Source: Candidatus Gottesmanbacteria bacterium (GTDB lineage: Bacteria; Patescibacteriota; Microgenomatia; 2-02-FULL-39-11). From it: a stretch of DNA of 64,000 bases. The DNA lies in NCBI GenBank assembly GCA_016195685.1, contig JACPZE010000010.1, forward strand, positions 16,751 to 80,750. Direction: 5' to 3'. The notes beneath the pieces are model-generated. The model saw only the letters and a program-made list of their open reading frames with translations. It had not been told where the DNA came from and searched no databases. The translations under genes were made by a program, and so were the position numbers. Below, piece after piece: positions 39,568 through 50,209 of this stretch. Each line of letters opens with the position of its first letter. The stretch's first letter is position 1.

Positions 39568-40350
39568 ATGCGAACAAGAATTGATAAAGCCAGAGAGAGT
39601 TATTTTAAACGAGATTTAGAGTCGACAAAAAAAGCTCATGATCCCGACTCGATCCATGAATCAATATCTCACAAAGAAGGACACGTAACGAGTTTTAATC
39701 TACCAGAAATTATTTTGGGTGGGCAAGACGGGCTGGTAAATGTATTAGGGGTTATTTTAGGTGTAGCAGCTGCAACTTCTGACACCAGACTTGTAGTTAT
39801 AGCAGGTATGGCGGCCACATTTGCGGAAAGTATATCGATGGCTGCTGTGGCTTTTACTAGTAAACTCGCAGAAGCAGATTATTACCAGTCAGAATATGAA
39901 AGAGAAAAATGGGAGATAGAACATGTTCCTGCGGGTGAAAAAGAGGAAATAAAAGCATTATATAAACATTATGGTTTTTCAGGAAAGATTCTCGACGATA
40001 TTGTAGAAAAAATCACTTCCAATAACGATACTTGGCTTAAAGTTATGATGGAGCAGGAATTAAAACTTACACCGGTGGATAGGAAAGAGGCGGTACCAGC
40101 TGCAGTGATTGTAGGTGTAGCAGCGATAATCGGTTCATTTATTCCATTGACGCCATTTTTTTTATTTGATATTAAGTCTGCGATTTTGGTATCACTCATT
40201 ATTTCTTCACTAACTTTATTTATAGTCGGCTACTATAAAGCCCAAAAAACTTTAGGGAGAAAATTTATAAGGTCGGGGATAGAAATGTTGGTTATAGGTA
40301 TGGTATCAGCATTGGTTGGTTACTTCGTAGGAAGCCTTTTTAAAATTTGA
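39568..40350 (+). CDS. VIT1/CCC1 family metal transporter
   Basis: ILG..DGLV, AE.ISMA, E.ERE..EI...P..E..E, MM..EL. Confidence 0.9.
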   Translation: MRTRIDKARESYFKRDLESTKKAHDPDSIHESISHKEGHVTSFNLPEIILGGQDGLVNVLGVILGVAAATSDTRLVVIAGMAATFAESISMAAVAFTSKLAEADYYQSEYEREKWEIEHVPAGEKEEIKALYKHYGFSGKILDDIVEKITSNNDTWLKVMMEQELKLTPVDRKEAVPAAVIVGVAAIIGSFIPLTPFFLFDIKSAILVSLIISSLTLFIVGYYKAQKTLGRKFIRSGIEMLVIGMVSALVGYFVGSLFKI

Positions 40351-40404
40351 TTATCTACCCTCTAATACCTTTAAATCCCAATGGTATAATTATGGGGCAT
40401 TTGT

Positions 40405-43368
40405 ATGGCAAGAAAAACCGATGAAAAAAAATTGAATAAAGATCAGTTGAAAGCAATAAAACATGGGAAAGGACCGCTGCTTATCATCGCCGGAGCGGGG
40501 ACGGGAAAAACTACTGTCATAACCGAAAGAGTAAAATGGCTTATTTCCCAAAAGATGGCGCAACCAGGAGAATTATTAGCGCTTACTTTTACAGAAAAAG
40601 CGGCGCGTGAAATGGAAGAGCGGATAGATATAGCATTGCCGTATGGTTATACCCAAATGTGGATTACTACTTTTCATGCTTTTGGGGAGAAAGTTTTAAG
40701 GCAGGAAGCTTTACAGATAGGTCTTGATTCGGGTTACAAACTTATGACTGCCGCAGAAGAGATTATTTTTCTGCGCAAAAATCTTTTTAAGTTTGATTTG
40801 AATTATTTCCGACCCCTAAGCAATCCCAATAAATTTATCGAAGGTATATTACAGCATTTTAGTAGATTAAAAGATGAAGACATTTCACCCATCCAATATG
40901 TTCAATGGGTTCAAAATCAAAAATCAAAAATCAAAAATCAAAAATTAGATGAAAATATAAAATTAGAAATAGATAAATATTTTGAATTAGCAAATGCATA
41001 TAAAACTTATGAAGAATTGAAATTTAAAGAAGGTGTAATGGATTTTTCTGATTTAATTAGTAATACTCTGAAATTATTCAGAGTAAGGAAAAATCTCTTG
41101 AAAGAATATCAAAACAAATTCAAGTTTATTTTAATTGATGAATTCCAAGATACTAATTTTGCCCAAAATGAATTAGCTATTTTACTTACCGGCAATGCAA
41201 AAAACATTACAGTGGTTGGAGATGATGATCAAGCAATTTACCGTTGGCGTGGAGCTGCTATATCAAATATTATTCAATTTAAAAAACGCTTTCCCCAATC
41301 AAAATTAGTCATTTTAAGTAAGAACTATAGATCTACTCAAGAAATATTAGATTCATCCTACAAACTTATACAAAATAATAATCCAGATAGGTTGGAAGTA
41401 AAAGAGAATATCGATAAAAAACTTCAATCTGAAAGACCCGCAAGAGGAGAAAAAATAGAATTCATATTTACCAAAAGAGTTGAAGACGAAGCAGACGAAG
41501 TGGTCAAAAAAATCAAACAACAACAAAGCAAGGGTATTTATAGTTGGAAAGACTTTGCAATTTTGATAAGAGCGAATAATCAATCAGATCCGTTTATCAG
41601 GACGCTTACTCGCGCAGGGATTCCATACCAATTTCTTGGTCCGGGAATACTTTTTCGGCAAGCAGAAATAAAAGATTTGATTGCGTATCTGAAATTCCTT
41701 CATAATTTTTTGGATTCGGTAGCTTTTTTCCGTGTGTTGTCGATGTCAATTTTTGATATATCCTCACGAGATATTGTTGCCTTGAATAATTTTGCTTCGA
41801 GAGTAGGTATTTCATTGTTTGAGGGGACAGAAGTAATTGTTTCTTTTGCACAAAATGACACAAAGCATTGGAGTAGGGAAAAAAACTACCAAAGTTTACT
41901 GCCCAATATAAGTGATAAATCAAAGAATATATTAGCCAAAATCTTAAAGATGATAAATAGACATTTTGATTTGATAAAAAAGCAGGAAACAGCAGGTCAA
42001 ATTCTTTATTATTTTTTGGAAGATACAGGAATTCTATTGAAATTGACTAAATACAAAGACACAAAAGAAGAAAAAATGGCCTTAAATATTTCTAAATTCT
42101 TTGATAAATTAAAAACTTTTGAAACAGAACATGAAGATGCAAGCGTGGCGGCGGTTGTAGAATTTTTAGAGATGTCTATGGAATTAGGGGAAAGTCCTTT
42201 GGTAGCAGACATTGATTGGACACAAAACGATGCGGTCAATATACTTACTGTTCACTCAAGTAAAGGATTGGAATTCCCAGTGGTATTTTTAGTTAATTTA
42301 GTCACAAACAGATTTCCGACTATTTCCAGACGAGAGCGGATTCCTATACCTGATGAGTTAGTCAAAGAAATTCTGCCTGAAGGCGATTATCACCTGGAAG
42401 AGGAGAGAAGACTTTTTTATGTAGGTATGACCAGAGCTCGTGATTACCTGTTCTTGGCTGCGTCAAACTATTATGGAGAAGGAAAAAGAGAAAGAAAAAT
42501 TTCTCCATTTGTGATGGAAACGCTGGGTGAGGACAATGTGATTAAACAGCCATTAGATTCGGCGCAAAGTAAACAGTTAACACTTATCGAATGGAAGAAA
42601 AACGAAGAATTACAGGGACAAGTTATAAAAACACCGATTGAATATTTATCTTACTCCCAGATTGATACTTTTATGACGTGTCCGCTTCAATATAAATATC
42701 GTTATATATTAAAAATTCCCGTACCTCAAAATGCTGCCGGATCATTCGGTACTTCCATACATGCAACTCTTCAAAAATTTTATGAGGAAAGAAAAGAAGG
42801 AAAACATCCGACTAAACACAAGTTATTTAAATTGTTGAATAGAGTATGGATGCCGATCGGTTACGGGACCAAGCAATATGAAGAAAAAATGAAAAAACGG
42901 GGTATAGACATGCTCACGCAATTTTATGATAAATTTTATGATCCGAAAATAGTACCAAAAAACTTAGAACAAGTATTTAAAATAAAACTTAGCCCCAATT
43001 TAAAAATCGGAGGAAAAATTGATCGAGTTGATGAAACGCACGATGGAAAATTAGAAATAATTGATTACAAAACAGGCAAAAAACCTACAGAAAAGCAGAT
43101 AAAAGAAAATTTGCAAATGACTGTCTATGGACTTGCTGCAACAGATAAAGGTATCTATAATAGAACACCAGACGAAGTCATTTTGTCATTTTATTTTTTG
43201 GGAACTCAAGAAAAGGTTTCGTCAACGCGTACAAATGATGACTTAGAAGAGGCAAAAAAGATTTTGATGAATAAAGCAGAAGAGATTTCAACAAGTGATT
43301 TTAAGCCAAAAGTGGGGCCATGGTGTGATTTTTGTGATTTCAGACTAATTTGTGAAGCATGGCAATAA
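40405..43368 (+). CDS. SF1 (UvrD-like) helicase fused to PD-(D/E)xK nuclease with Fe-S cysteines (AdnAB/AddAB-like)
   Basis: AGAGTGKT, DEFQD, VGDDDQ.IY, NYRS, KGLEF, EERRLFYV; SYSQ...CP, GKIDR, IIDYKTG, CDFCDFRLIC. Confidence 0.92.
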   Translation: MARKTDEKKLNKDQLKAIKHGKGPLLIIAGAGTGKTTVITERVKWLISQKMAQPGELLALTFTEKAAREMEERIDIALPYGYTQMWITTFHAFGEKVLRQEALQIGLDSGYKLMTAAEEIIFLRKNLFKFDLNYFRPLSNPNKFIEGILQHFSRLKDEDISPIQYVQWVQNQKSKIKNQKLDENIKLEIDKYFELANAYKTYEELKFKEGVMDFSDLISNTLKLFRVRKNLLKEYQNKFKFILIDEFQDTNFAQNELAILLTGNAKNITVVGDDDQAIYRWRGAAISNIIQFKKRFPQSKLVILSKNYRSTQEILDSSYKLIQNNNPDRLEVKENIDKKLQSERPARGEKIEFIFTKRVEDEADEVVKKIKQQQSKGIYSWKDFAILIRANNQSDPFIRTLTRAGIPYQFLGPGILFRQAEIKDLIAYLKFLHNFLDSVAFFRVLSMSIFDISSRDIVALNNFASRVGISLFEGTEVIVSFAQNDTKHWSREKNYQSLLPNISDKSKNILAKILKMINRHFDLIKKQETAGQILYYFLEDTGILLKLTKYKDTKEEKMALNISKFFDKLKTFETEHEDASVAAVVEFLEMSMELGESPLVADIDWTQNDAVNILTVHSSKGLEFPVVFLVNLVTNRFPTISRRERIPIPDELVKEILPEGDYHLEEERRLFYVGMTRARDYLFLAASNYYGEGKRERKISPFVMETLGEDNVIKQPLDSAQSKQLTLIEWKKNEELQGQVIKTPIEYLSYSQIDTFMTCPLQYKYRYILKIPVPQNAAGSFGTSIHATLQKFYEERKEGKHPTKHKLFKLLNRVWMPIGYGTKQYEEKMKKRGIDMLTQFYDKFYDPKIVPKNLEQVFKIKLSPNLKIGGKIDRVDETHDGKLEIIDYKTGKKPTEKQIKENLQMTVYGLAATDKGIYNRTPDEVILSFYFLGTQEKVSSTRTNDDLEEAKKILMNKAEEISTSDFKPKVGPWCDFCDFRLICEAWQ
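40917..40944. repeat. (TCAAAAA)x4 perfect heptamer repeat within helicase gene
   Basis: Read directly; encodes NQKSKIKNQK. Confidence 0.85.
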
Positions 43369-43382
43369 TAATATAATTAAAT

Positions 43383-44165
43383 ATGATTACCTTAATAAAG
43401 TTACAACAATTTCTTGATCAATATTTAAATTTTGATCAGGATTTGGTTCCAGAAAAGGTCGATCCTTACATGACTAACGGAATGATGGTAAAGGGGAAAG
43501 AAGAAATAAATAAAATAGGTTTTGGTGTATCTGCCTCACTTGAACTATTTCAAAAAGCAAAAGACGCAGATTGTAACGCTGTAGTTGTTCACCACTCTTT
43601 TAATCTTCCTCCATTTAACAGATATGATTCCATCTTTCAAAATCGTCTTGGGTTTCTTGTAAAAAATGAAATTTCACTTTTCGGGTATCATTTTCTTCTT
43701 GATGCTCATCCGGAGGTAGGTAATAATATACAGATTCTTAAAACACTTAGCGCCAATTCCATTAAACCATTCTTACATCACGGGAATCCATGGGGATGGA
43801 TTGGCGAGTTTAAAGATACAGAAGAATTGATAAATATTGAGAATAAGTTGAAACCTTATATGAGTAATCGGTCAGTAGTTTATCCATTTGGAAATAACAA
43901 AGTTAAAAAAGTAGTTGCGATTTCAGGGAAAGGTGCGCCACTCTCGGGAACGATGCAAAGTTTGATTGATGAGGAAATTGATTTATATATAACTGGTGAA
44001 GTACATGAATGGAATAGGGAATTATTTAGAGAAGCAAAAATAAATTTTATCGCGGGAGGTCATTACGCAACTGAAGTTTTTGGCGTTAAAGCGTTGATGA
44101 AAAAAGTTAAAGAAAAATTTTCTGAAGTGTCGACTGTATGGTTGGAAATTGATAATGAAATCTAA
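43383..44165 (+). CDS. Nif3-like dinuclear metal center protein
   Basis: NG..V.G, VHH, H..LDAHPEVGNN, YITGE, GHYATE.FG. Confidence 0.92.
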   Translation: MITLIKLQQFLDQYLNFDQDLVPEKVDPYMTNGMMVKGKEEINKIGFGVSASLELFQKAKDADCNAVVVHHSFNLPPFNRYDSIFQNRLGFLVKNEISLFGYHFLLDAHPEVGNNIQILKTLSANSIKPFLHHGNPWGWIGEFKDTEELINIENKLKPYMSNRSVVYPFGNNKVKKVVAISGKGAPLSGTMQSLIDEEIDLYITGEVHEWNRELFREAKINFIAGGHYATEVFGVKALMKKVKEKFSEVSTVWLEIDNEI

Positions 44166-44170
44166 AATAA

Positions 44171-45016
44171 TTAAAGATAAAAATTCTCAAGATAAATAAT
44201 TTTTCTCACCCCAAATCCCTCTTTAAATTTAGTGAATCCTTTCCATGATGCTGACGCTTTTGGAAATCGCTCGTCATATATTCCTTCAAAGTCAAAGATT
44301 GTACAGCCCCGTTTTTTGGATAATTTCAATGCTTCCCAAACCAAAAGAGTGGGTGCGAATAATTTTTTGCCGGAAGACAAAGCCGAAGCGAACCAATAAT
44401 AAGCCTGTTTTTTATAAAAAAGCAATAAAATACCCGCGATCGCATTCATATTTTTTGGATGATAAGCCAATAAAATAGAGGCATTTTGTGGATAAAAAAT
44501 TTTCCAAAGAGATTTCATTTCACCACCTACTAAAAACCAAACAGGGAGATATTGCCGTTGCCTGATTTTTATAAAAGAATCTAAATCATTAGATTCCTTG
44601 ATAAAAACCCCATTTTTAATAGCACGCCTGACAGCTCTTCTTTTGGCCTCGGAGAAATTATTAAATATTTCATTTTCTTCGGGAGTTAAATCAACTAAAT
44701 AGTTCGTTGTCGGATTAAAAGTGTCATGATCGATTTTAAATCCAGATCGTATAAATTTTTTCTGATACTGTTGATATTTTTGATCAGACTGATCTACGAG
44801 TGGAGAGATTTTTAACCTGAATATTTTATTTGATTGTTTGTACACTTTAATTTTATCTAGATCGATCGGCATATTCGGTCGGGGCATTTTTGCGAAATAG
44901 CCGATGAGAGGAAATTTTCTTTTATAGATGTAGTTGGAATCTATCTTTTCTGTTTCCCATCCCAATAATCTCATATATTTGGTAAACAAAATTGATTGGC
45001 GGATATCCTGGATCAT
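44171..45016 (-). CDS. FemABX-like GNAT peptidyltransferase
   Basis: VDL...E..I...F....RRAVR.A, L.WEA...SK..G...FDF.G, GF..FKEGFG. Confidence 0.82.
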   Translation of the reverse strand: MIQDIRQSILFTKYMRLLGWETEKIDSNYIYKRKFPLIGYFAKMPRPNMPIDLDKIKVYKQSNKIFRLKISPLVDQSDQKYQQYQKKFIRSGFKIDHDTFNPTTNYLVDLTPEENEIFNNFSEAKRRAVRRAIKNGVFIKESNDLDSFIKIRQRQYLPVWFLVGGEMKSLWKIFYPQNASILLAYHPKNMNAIAGILLLFYKKQAYYWFASALSSGKKLFAPTLLVWEALKLSKKRGCTIFDFEGIYDERFPKASASWKGFTKFKEGFGVRKIIYLENFYL

Positions 45017-46038
45017 TTGTCGCGTCGACCTTTTATAGAAAGAAAAATTTGACGAAGATTGTGGATGGTATTATAAATTCCATAAAGTGCAGGATTAATT
45101 ACTAAATCAAAACTTCCCTCAAATTCAATTAATTTCGCCCCGTATCCTTGCTTAAATCTGTGAAAACCAAACCAGGGATCTTTAGGATCAGGATTTGGTC
45201 CCAGCGATCCCCACAGGTCAAAAACTTTTGCGCCATTCCGTTTGCCAAATCTGATCGCCTCCCACATCATGAGATTTGAAGCCATGACATTTCGCATTTT
45301 ATCACTTGACGCACCATATGGGTAATACAAAATATCATTCAGAAGGAATAAAACCCAGGCAACTAATACAACACTTTTCCCATCAATATTTATTTTTGCA
45401 GTGAGTAAATGCGCTAACCCTTTTGGGTGTAAAGTTTCCCACATAAGTTGATGGTATGTCTTATTGTGTGCAAAAAATCCTTGACGCTTAGTAGTTTCAA
45501 ATAATAGGTTTAAATAATCATTAAATGCAGTAGGATTTTTTTCTTCAGTGATAATGACATTATTTTTTTGGGCAACTTTTATGTTGTAGCGTGTTTTAGG
45601 ATGCATAATTTTGAGGAGTTCTTCTTCACTTTTTGAAAGGTCAAGCTGGAAAGTAAACTGAGTAAATAGAGGATGAGGGGAGGGGACGATCAAAAATTTC
45701 GAATTTGATTCGAAAGGAAGTGAGTCATTTTTTACAACGTTAGGTTCTAATTTAATAAATACACAGCGGTATTTTCTCCCCACATCAGAGAGTTTTTCCA
45801 ACATTTCACTGCTGGGTATTTTACTTTTAGGAAGATAGCCTATGGTCCAGGAGGTGAATGGTATTTGATGTATTGAAACCTGGGCCGTTTCTGTCAATTT
45901 ATCTTTTTGATATTTTCCTAATCTTATGATCTCAATTCCTGTTTTTTGTCGAAATTCTCCCCACTCCCATGATTGAAGTGGATGATATGCTAGTCGATTA
46001 AATTCTTTTTTGTCTTCAGGTTTAACATTAGTAATCAT
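45013..46038 (-). CDS. FemABX family peptidoglycan bridge transferase
   Basis: HPLQSWEWG, IKLEP, KTRYNI, YPYGAS, FDLWG, G..RFK.GYG. Confidence 0.9.
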   Translation of the reverse strand: MITNVKPEDKKEFNRLAYHPLQSWEWGEFRQKTGIEIIRLGKYQKDKLTETAQVSIHQIPFTSWTIGYLPKSKIPSSEMLEKLSDVGRKYRCVFIKLEPNVVKNDSLPFESNSKFLIVPSPHPLFTQFTFQLDLSKSEEELLKIMHPKTRYNIKVAQKNNVIITEEKNPTAFNDYLNLLFETTKRQGFFAHNKTYHQLMWETLHPKGLAHLLTAKINIDGKSVVLVAWVLFLLNDILYYPYGASSDKMRNVMASNLMMWEAIRFGKRNGAKVFDLWGSLGPNPDPKDPWFGFHRFKQGYGAKLIEFEGSFDLVINPALYGIYNTIHNLRQIFLSIKGRRDK

Positions 46039-46125
46039 AATTTACGAGTATGGTTGCATATCGGAATAAAAATTTGACATTAGATATTTGAGTTTTGAGC
46101 TTTATTTTATGGTATCATATCATTG

Positions 46126-46581
46126 ATGGTAAAAAAACATAAAACTGAAACAAAAGATCAAGAATTTAATAATTCTGTAAATTATAAGTGGTGGGTTGTT
46201 GGTGTAATTTTATTTATTGTAATTATTTTAAATATAACGGGTAAAAATAGCTTGGTTAAATCTATATTTAATCATTTGGTGCCTACACCTACTCCTACAC
46301 CAAAACCAATTAAAAGTTCTCCACCAGAAGGGTTAAATACCGACCAGGCGAATTACGTAAAGCAGGCTATAGAAGCGCTTGCTGCCAAACTTAAGACAAA
46401 AGCAAATAATGTTAAGGTAGTTAGCGTGAAAGAGAAACAGTGGAACGATAGTAGTTTGGGTTGTCCGCAGAAAGGTATGTTATATATCCAATCTATCACG
46501 CCAGGATATATAATAGAGCTTTCTTTTGGGCAAAAAACATATATTTATCACGGAGGATTAAATATAGTCATTTCTTGCTAA
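46126..46581 (+). CDS. Membrane-anchored hypothetical protein
   Basis: TM, PT linker, W.DSSLGCP..G..Y.Q.ITPGY...L conserved-looking domain. Confidence 0.7.
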   Translation: MVKKHKTETKDQEFNNSVNYKWWVVGVILFIVIILNITGKNSLVKSIFNHLVPTPTPTPKPIKSSPPEGLNTDQANYVKQAIEALAAKLKTKANNVKVVSVKEKQWNDSSLGCPQKGMLYIQSITPGYIIELSFGQKTYIYHGGLNIVISC

Positions 46582-48399
46582 TGAAGTTAAATGTTGTGGT
46601 ATTTCGGCTACGAAGCGAGATACAGGATTTGAGTTTCTCTGTCCGAAGTACAATCGTCTTGTAGCAAAGGTTAAAAATAGTTCTTCCTTTGCTCGTGTCA
46701 TACCTACATAGCAAAGTCGTCGTTCCTCCTCAAGCTCCAAAGGTTCTAAAAGAGTACGCGAGTGGGGGAATAGTCCTTCTTCCATCCCTATCATAAAAAC
46801 TTTTGGAAATTCCAATCCTTTAGCGGCATGCATAGTCATGAGAGTCACAGCAACTTTTTGTCCATCAAGAAACGCATGATCCGGATAGTATTCTTGTTCG
46901 ACAAGTGCCACATTCTCCAAAAACTGTATTAGATCAGGGAACTGAGTGGCAACAGAATGAAGTTCGTTTGTGTTTTCCAACCTAGATATATCTTCTGGAT
47001 CTTTTGGATCATACAATTCAAGGTAAGCCGTGAATTGTAGTAATTCATTCAATATCTCAGTTGTCGACTGTTTTAATATTTTGTCATTATTTCTGAAATC
47101 GTCGCTGAATTTTATAAAAGTTGCCAATTTTTTCTTGCCCAACTTTTCGATACGTTTATAGGAAACTTGGTCGTTTGAATTTATTAGGAGACGAAGATAT
47201 GAAATGATATCCTTGATTTCTTTTCTTTCATAAAACCTGACTCCTCCAACTAAAACGTAAGGGATGCCACTTTGTAAAAACACCTCTTCAATTACACGGC
47301 TTTGAGCATTTGTCCTATATAAAACGGCAAAATCAGAATATTTTTGGTGATTGATAATTTGCTTTATAATAAAATCAGCTTCATCATGTTCATTTTCTGC
47401 TTGGTAAATCTTGATAAGAGTACCACTTTGTTTTTCAGTCCAAAGCTTAAGAATAGGGTGGGATCTGTTTTTAGAAATGATGTGATTAGCAACGGCCAAA
47501 ATATTTTGTGTTGAACGGTAATTTTGTTCAAGGTGAAAAATCTTGGCATCAGGAAAATCCTTTTTAAAATTAGTGATATTTTTGAAATCTGCCCCTCGCC
47601 AACCATAGATACTTTGTGAAGCATCACCAACTACAGAGATATTTCTCCATCTTTTTGCCAAAATTTTTGTGAGTTGATATTGGGCGTGATTAGTATCCTG
47701 ATATTCATCTACAAGAATATAGGAATATTTATTCTGATACTCAGATGCAATATTTTCATTTTTACGAAATAATTCAACTGTCTTAGAGATAAGATCATCA
47801 AAATCCAATGCATGATTTTCTATGAGATACCTTTGATATGTAAGATATATCCGGGCCACTCCTTCCTGAAAATATCCACGGGCAATCTGCGGGTATTCTA
47901 ATGCAGATATTAGTTCGTTCTTTGCGGAAGATATTGTCGATAATACTGCTCCTGGATTAAATCGTTTTGGGTCAAGGCCCATTTCTTTTTCTGCTTCTTT
48001 AATCGCGTCTTTGCTGTCTTGTTCATCATAGATGACAAAGTTTTGTTCCACACCAATATGTTGACCTTCCCGGCGCAAAATTTTAGCACAAAAAGAATGG
48101 TAAGTGCCAGCAAAAGGTAGATTGGTTGACTTTTGTGATCCACCTTGTATAGATTGATTGTTCTCTAATAGAAAATTAGAAATACGAGCCTTCATTTCGT
48201 TTGCCGCTTTATTCGTGAAGGTGACTAAAAGTATATTTTCTGCCGATACCTTTTTCTCAAGCATGAGATACAAGGCTTTATAAGTTAGTACTCTTGTTTT
48301 TCCCGATCCCGCCCCAGCCAATATGATGATTGGACCTTCTGTATTTTTAACTGCTGCAATTTGTTCAGTATTAAGATGTTTAAGAATTAAATTCTCCAT
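46558..48399 (-). CDS. pcrA: ATP-dependent DNA helicase PcrA/UvrD
   Basis: AGAGSGKT, TFTNKAA.EM, DEYQDTN, LEQNYRST, YRTNAQSR, H.AKGLEF, EEERRL.YV. Confidence 0.93.
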   Translation of the reverse strand: MENLILKHLNTEQIAAVKNTEGPIIILAGAGSGKTRVLTYKALYLMLEKKVSAENILLVTFTNKAANEMKARISNFLLENNQSIQGGSQKSTNLPFAGTYHSFCAKILRREGQHIGVEQNFVIYDEQDSKDAIKEAEKEMGLDPKRFNPGAVLSTISSAKNELISALEYPQIARGYFQEGVARIYLTYQRYLIENHALDFDDLISKTVELFRKNENIASEYQNKYSYILVDEYQDTNHAQYQLTKILAKRWRNISVVGDASQSIYGWRGADFKNITNFKKDFPDAKIFHLEQNYRSTQNILAVANHIISKNRSHPILKLWTEKQSGTLIKIYQAENEHDEADFIIKQIINHQKYSDFAVLYRTNAQSRVIEEVFLQSGIPYVLVGGVRFYERKEIKDIISYLRLLINSNDQVSYKRIEKLGKKKLATFIKFSDDFRNNDKILKQSTTEILNELLQFTAYLELYDPKDPEDISRLENTNELHSVATQFPDLIQFLENVALVEQEYYPDHAFLDGQKVAVTLMTMHAAKGLEFPKVFMIGMEEGLFPHSRTLLEPLELEEERRLCYVGMTRAKEELFLTFATRRLYFGQRNSNPVSRFVAEIPQHLTSLARNDYI

Positions 48400-48423
48400 G
48401 ATACAATAAACTATAATAGCATA

Positions 48424-49107
48424 ATGAAAAAGAAATATATTATCGGTAATTGGAAGTCTAATAAAGACTTGGAAGAAACAAAATATTGGTTTGATACATT
48501 AAAAACACGGTCTTTACAGAACAATATTATAAATTGGGATAATATAGAAGTAGTTGTCTGCCCGCCAATTATTTTTCTGCCATTGGTAAAAAAACTGCGG
48601 GACGATTGTGATCTACCTTTGAAAATTGGTGCACAAAATATTTCTCCTTTTAAAAATGGGCCATATACCGGAGAGGTATCTGACAGTATGATCGCCGAAT
48701 TTGCATCCTATGTAATAATTGGTCATTCTGAGAGAAGAACTAATTTTAGTGAAGATGACAGTATGCTTTCTGAGAAAGTAAAAAGAGCAAATGAGGTGAA
48801 GTTAAATTCAATTTATTGTATCCAAGATGAAAATACTTTTATCCCAGAAGATGTTGAGATTGTAGCATATGAGCCAGTTTGGGCAATAGGAACGGGAAAA
48901 ACTGATACTCCAGATAACGCTGATCGCGTTGCACAAGCTGTAAAAAAAAGATGGGGAGGTAAATCTTTAATTTATGGGGGAAGTGTAGACCCTGATAATA
49001 TAAAAAGTTTCATCCAAACTAATAATATAGACGGTGTTCTTCCAGGAGGATCCAGTCTTGATCCCAATAAATTCTGGGAGATGATTGTAAATGCAGCTAA
49101 AATTTAA
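48424..49107 (+). CDS. tpiA: Triosephosphate isomerase
   Basis: GNWK, GAQN, IGHSERR, AYEPVWAIGTG, YGGSV. Confidence 0.95.
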   Translation: MKKKYIIGNWKSNKDLEETKYWFDTLKTRSLQNNIINWDNIEVVVCPPIIFLPLVKKLRDDCDLPLKIGAQNISPFKNGPYTGEVSDSMIAEFASYVIIGHSERRTNFSEDDSMLSEKVKRANEVKLNSIYCIQDENTFIPEDVEIVAYEPVWAIGTGKTDTPDNADRVAQAVKKRWGGKSLIYGGSVDPDNIKSFIQTNNIDGVLPGGSSLDPNKFWEMIVNAAKI

Positions 49108-50194
49108 AAGAAAAATCATAAAATACCTTCATATTTTGCAGCCCACGATAAAAGTGGGAATTTTTTTCTTGGTCGCAATAATTGCTTGGCGGTTAGTTTC
49201 TCCAATATATAATTTTTCACGACAAAATCAATTCTCCAAAGATTTTTTCCTCAGCATACTTTTGAATCGTGACCCTCCACTTAAAAAATACCTAGGAAGA
49301 ACTAATATCATTTTATTAGGGATAGGCGGAGGTCAACATGAGGGTGGAGATTTAACTGATGCAATGATCTTTTTCAGTATTGATTATCAAAAAAAAGACA
49401 TTGTAGAGGTGTCAGTACCAAGAGATCTATGGTCTGTCACATTAAAAGACAAAATAAACACAGCATATCATTATGGTGAAGAAAAAAAGAAAGGAGGCGG
49501 ATTAATTTTGGCTAAAGCAATTGTGGAAGAAATAGTAGGGCAACCTGTGCACTATGCATGGTTGATAGACTTTTCGGGTTTTAAGAAACTTATTGATTTA
49601 GTTGGTGGTGTAGATATTGACGTAAAAAATCCATTTATTGACAAAGAATATCCTATTGAGAGTAAGGAGAATGATTTTTGTGGTGGTGATCCGACTTTTG
49701 CTTGTCGATACGAAACCTTAAAATTTGATGGGGGTTTACAACATATGGATGGGGAAAAAGCATTAAAATTTGTCCGATCAAGGCATGCAGAAGGTGAAGA
49801 AGGGACTGACTTTGCGAGAAGCAGAAGACAACAGTTAGTGATATCCTCTTTAAAAAATAGACTTCTGAAGCCTAAATTTTTCTGGCAAAATTTAAAACAT
49901 GCAGAAAAACTTTTTTCTGCTTTTGATGATGCTACAGACACCGATATGAATTTATCTGAGCAGATTTTATTTTTAAAGTCATTTCTTAAATTACCTGAGC
50001 AGAATATAAGGAAAATTGTTTTGGACAATGGTGATGATGAGAAGGGAATAAAGGGATTCTTAGTGAATCCACCAGTTTGGCAATACAACGGCGAGTGGTT
50101 ACTTATTCCTCGAAAAGGAGAAGGTAATTTTGACGAGATACATAATTATATTTCTTGCAACATTGAAAACACAGCTTGTACAATGAGACCTTAA
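49091..50194 (+). CDS. LCP (LytR-CpsA-Psr) family phosphotransferase
   Basis: NIILLG, LTD, S.PRDLW, KINTAY, VRSRH, DF.RSRRQQ. Confidence 0.92.
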   Translation: MQLKFKRKIIKYLHILQPTIKVGIFFLVAIIAWRLVSPIYNFSRQNQFSKDFFLSILLNRDPPLKKYLGRTNIILLGIGGGQHEGGDLTDAMIFFSIDYQKKDIVEVSVPRDLWSVTLKDKINTAYHYGEEKKKGGGLILAKAIVEEIVGQPVHYAWLIDFSGFKKLIDLVGGVDIDVKNPFIDKEYPIESKENDFCGGDPTFACRYETLKFDGGLQHMDGEKALKFVRSRHAEGEEGTDFARSRRQQLVISSLKNRLLKPKFFWQNLKHAEKLFSAFDDATDTDMNLSEQILFLKSFLKLPEQNIRKIVLDNGDDEKGIKGFLVNPPVWQYNGEWLLIPRKGEGNFDEIHNYISCNIENTACTMRP

Positions 50195-50209
50195 ATGTGT
50201 GGATTACAG

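Noticed and set aside
40405-43368. Helicase-nuclease fusion as a defence system
   Set aside because: Matches the ordinary AdnAB/AddAB-like repair architecture in a housekeeping context
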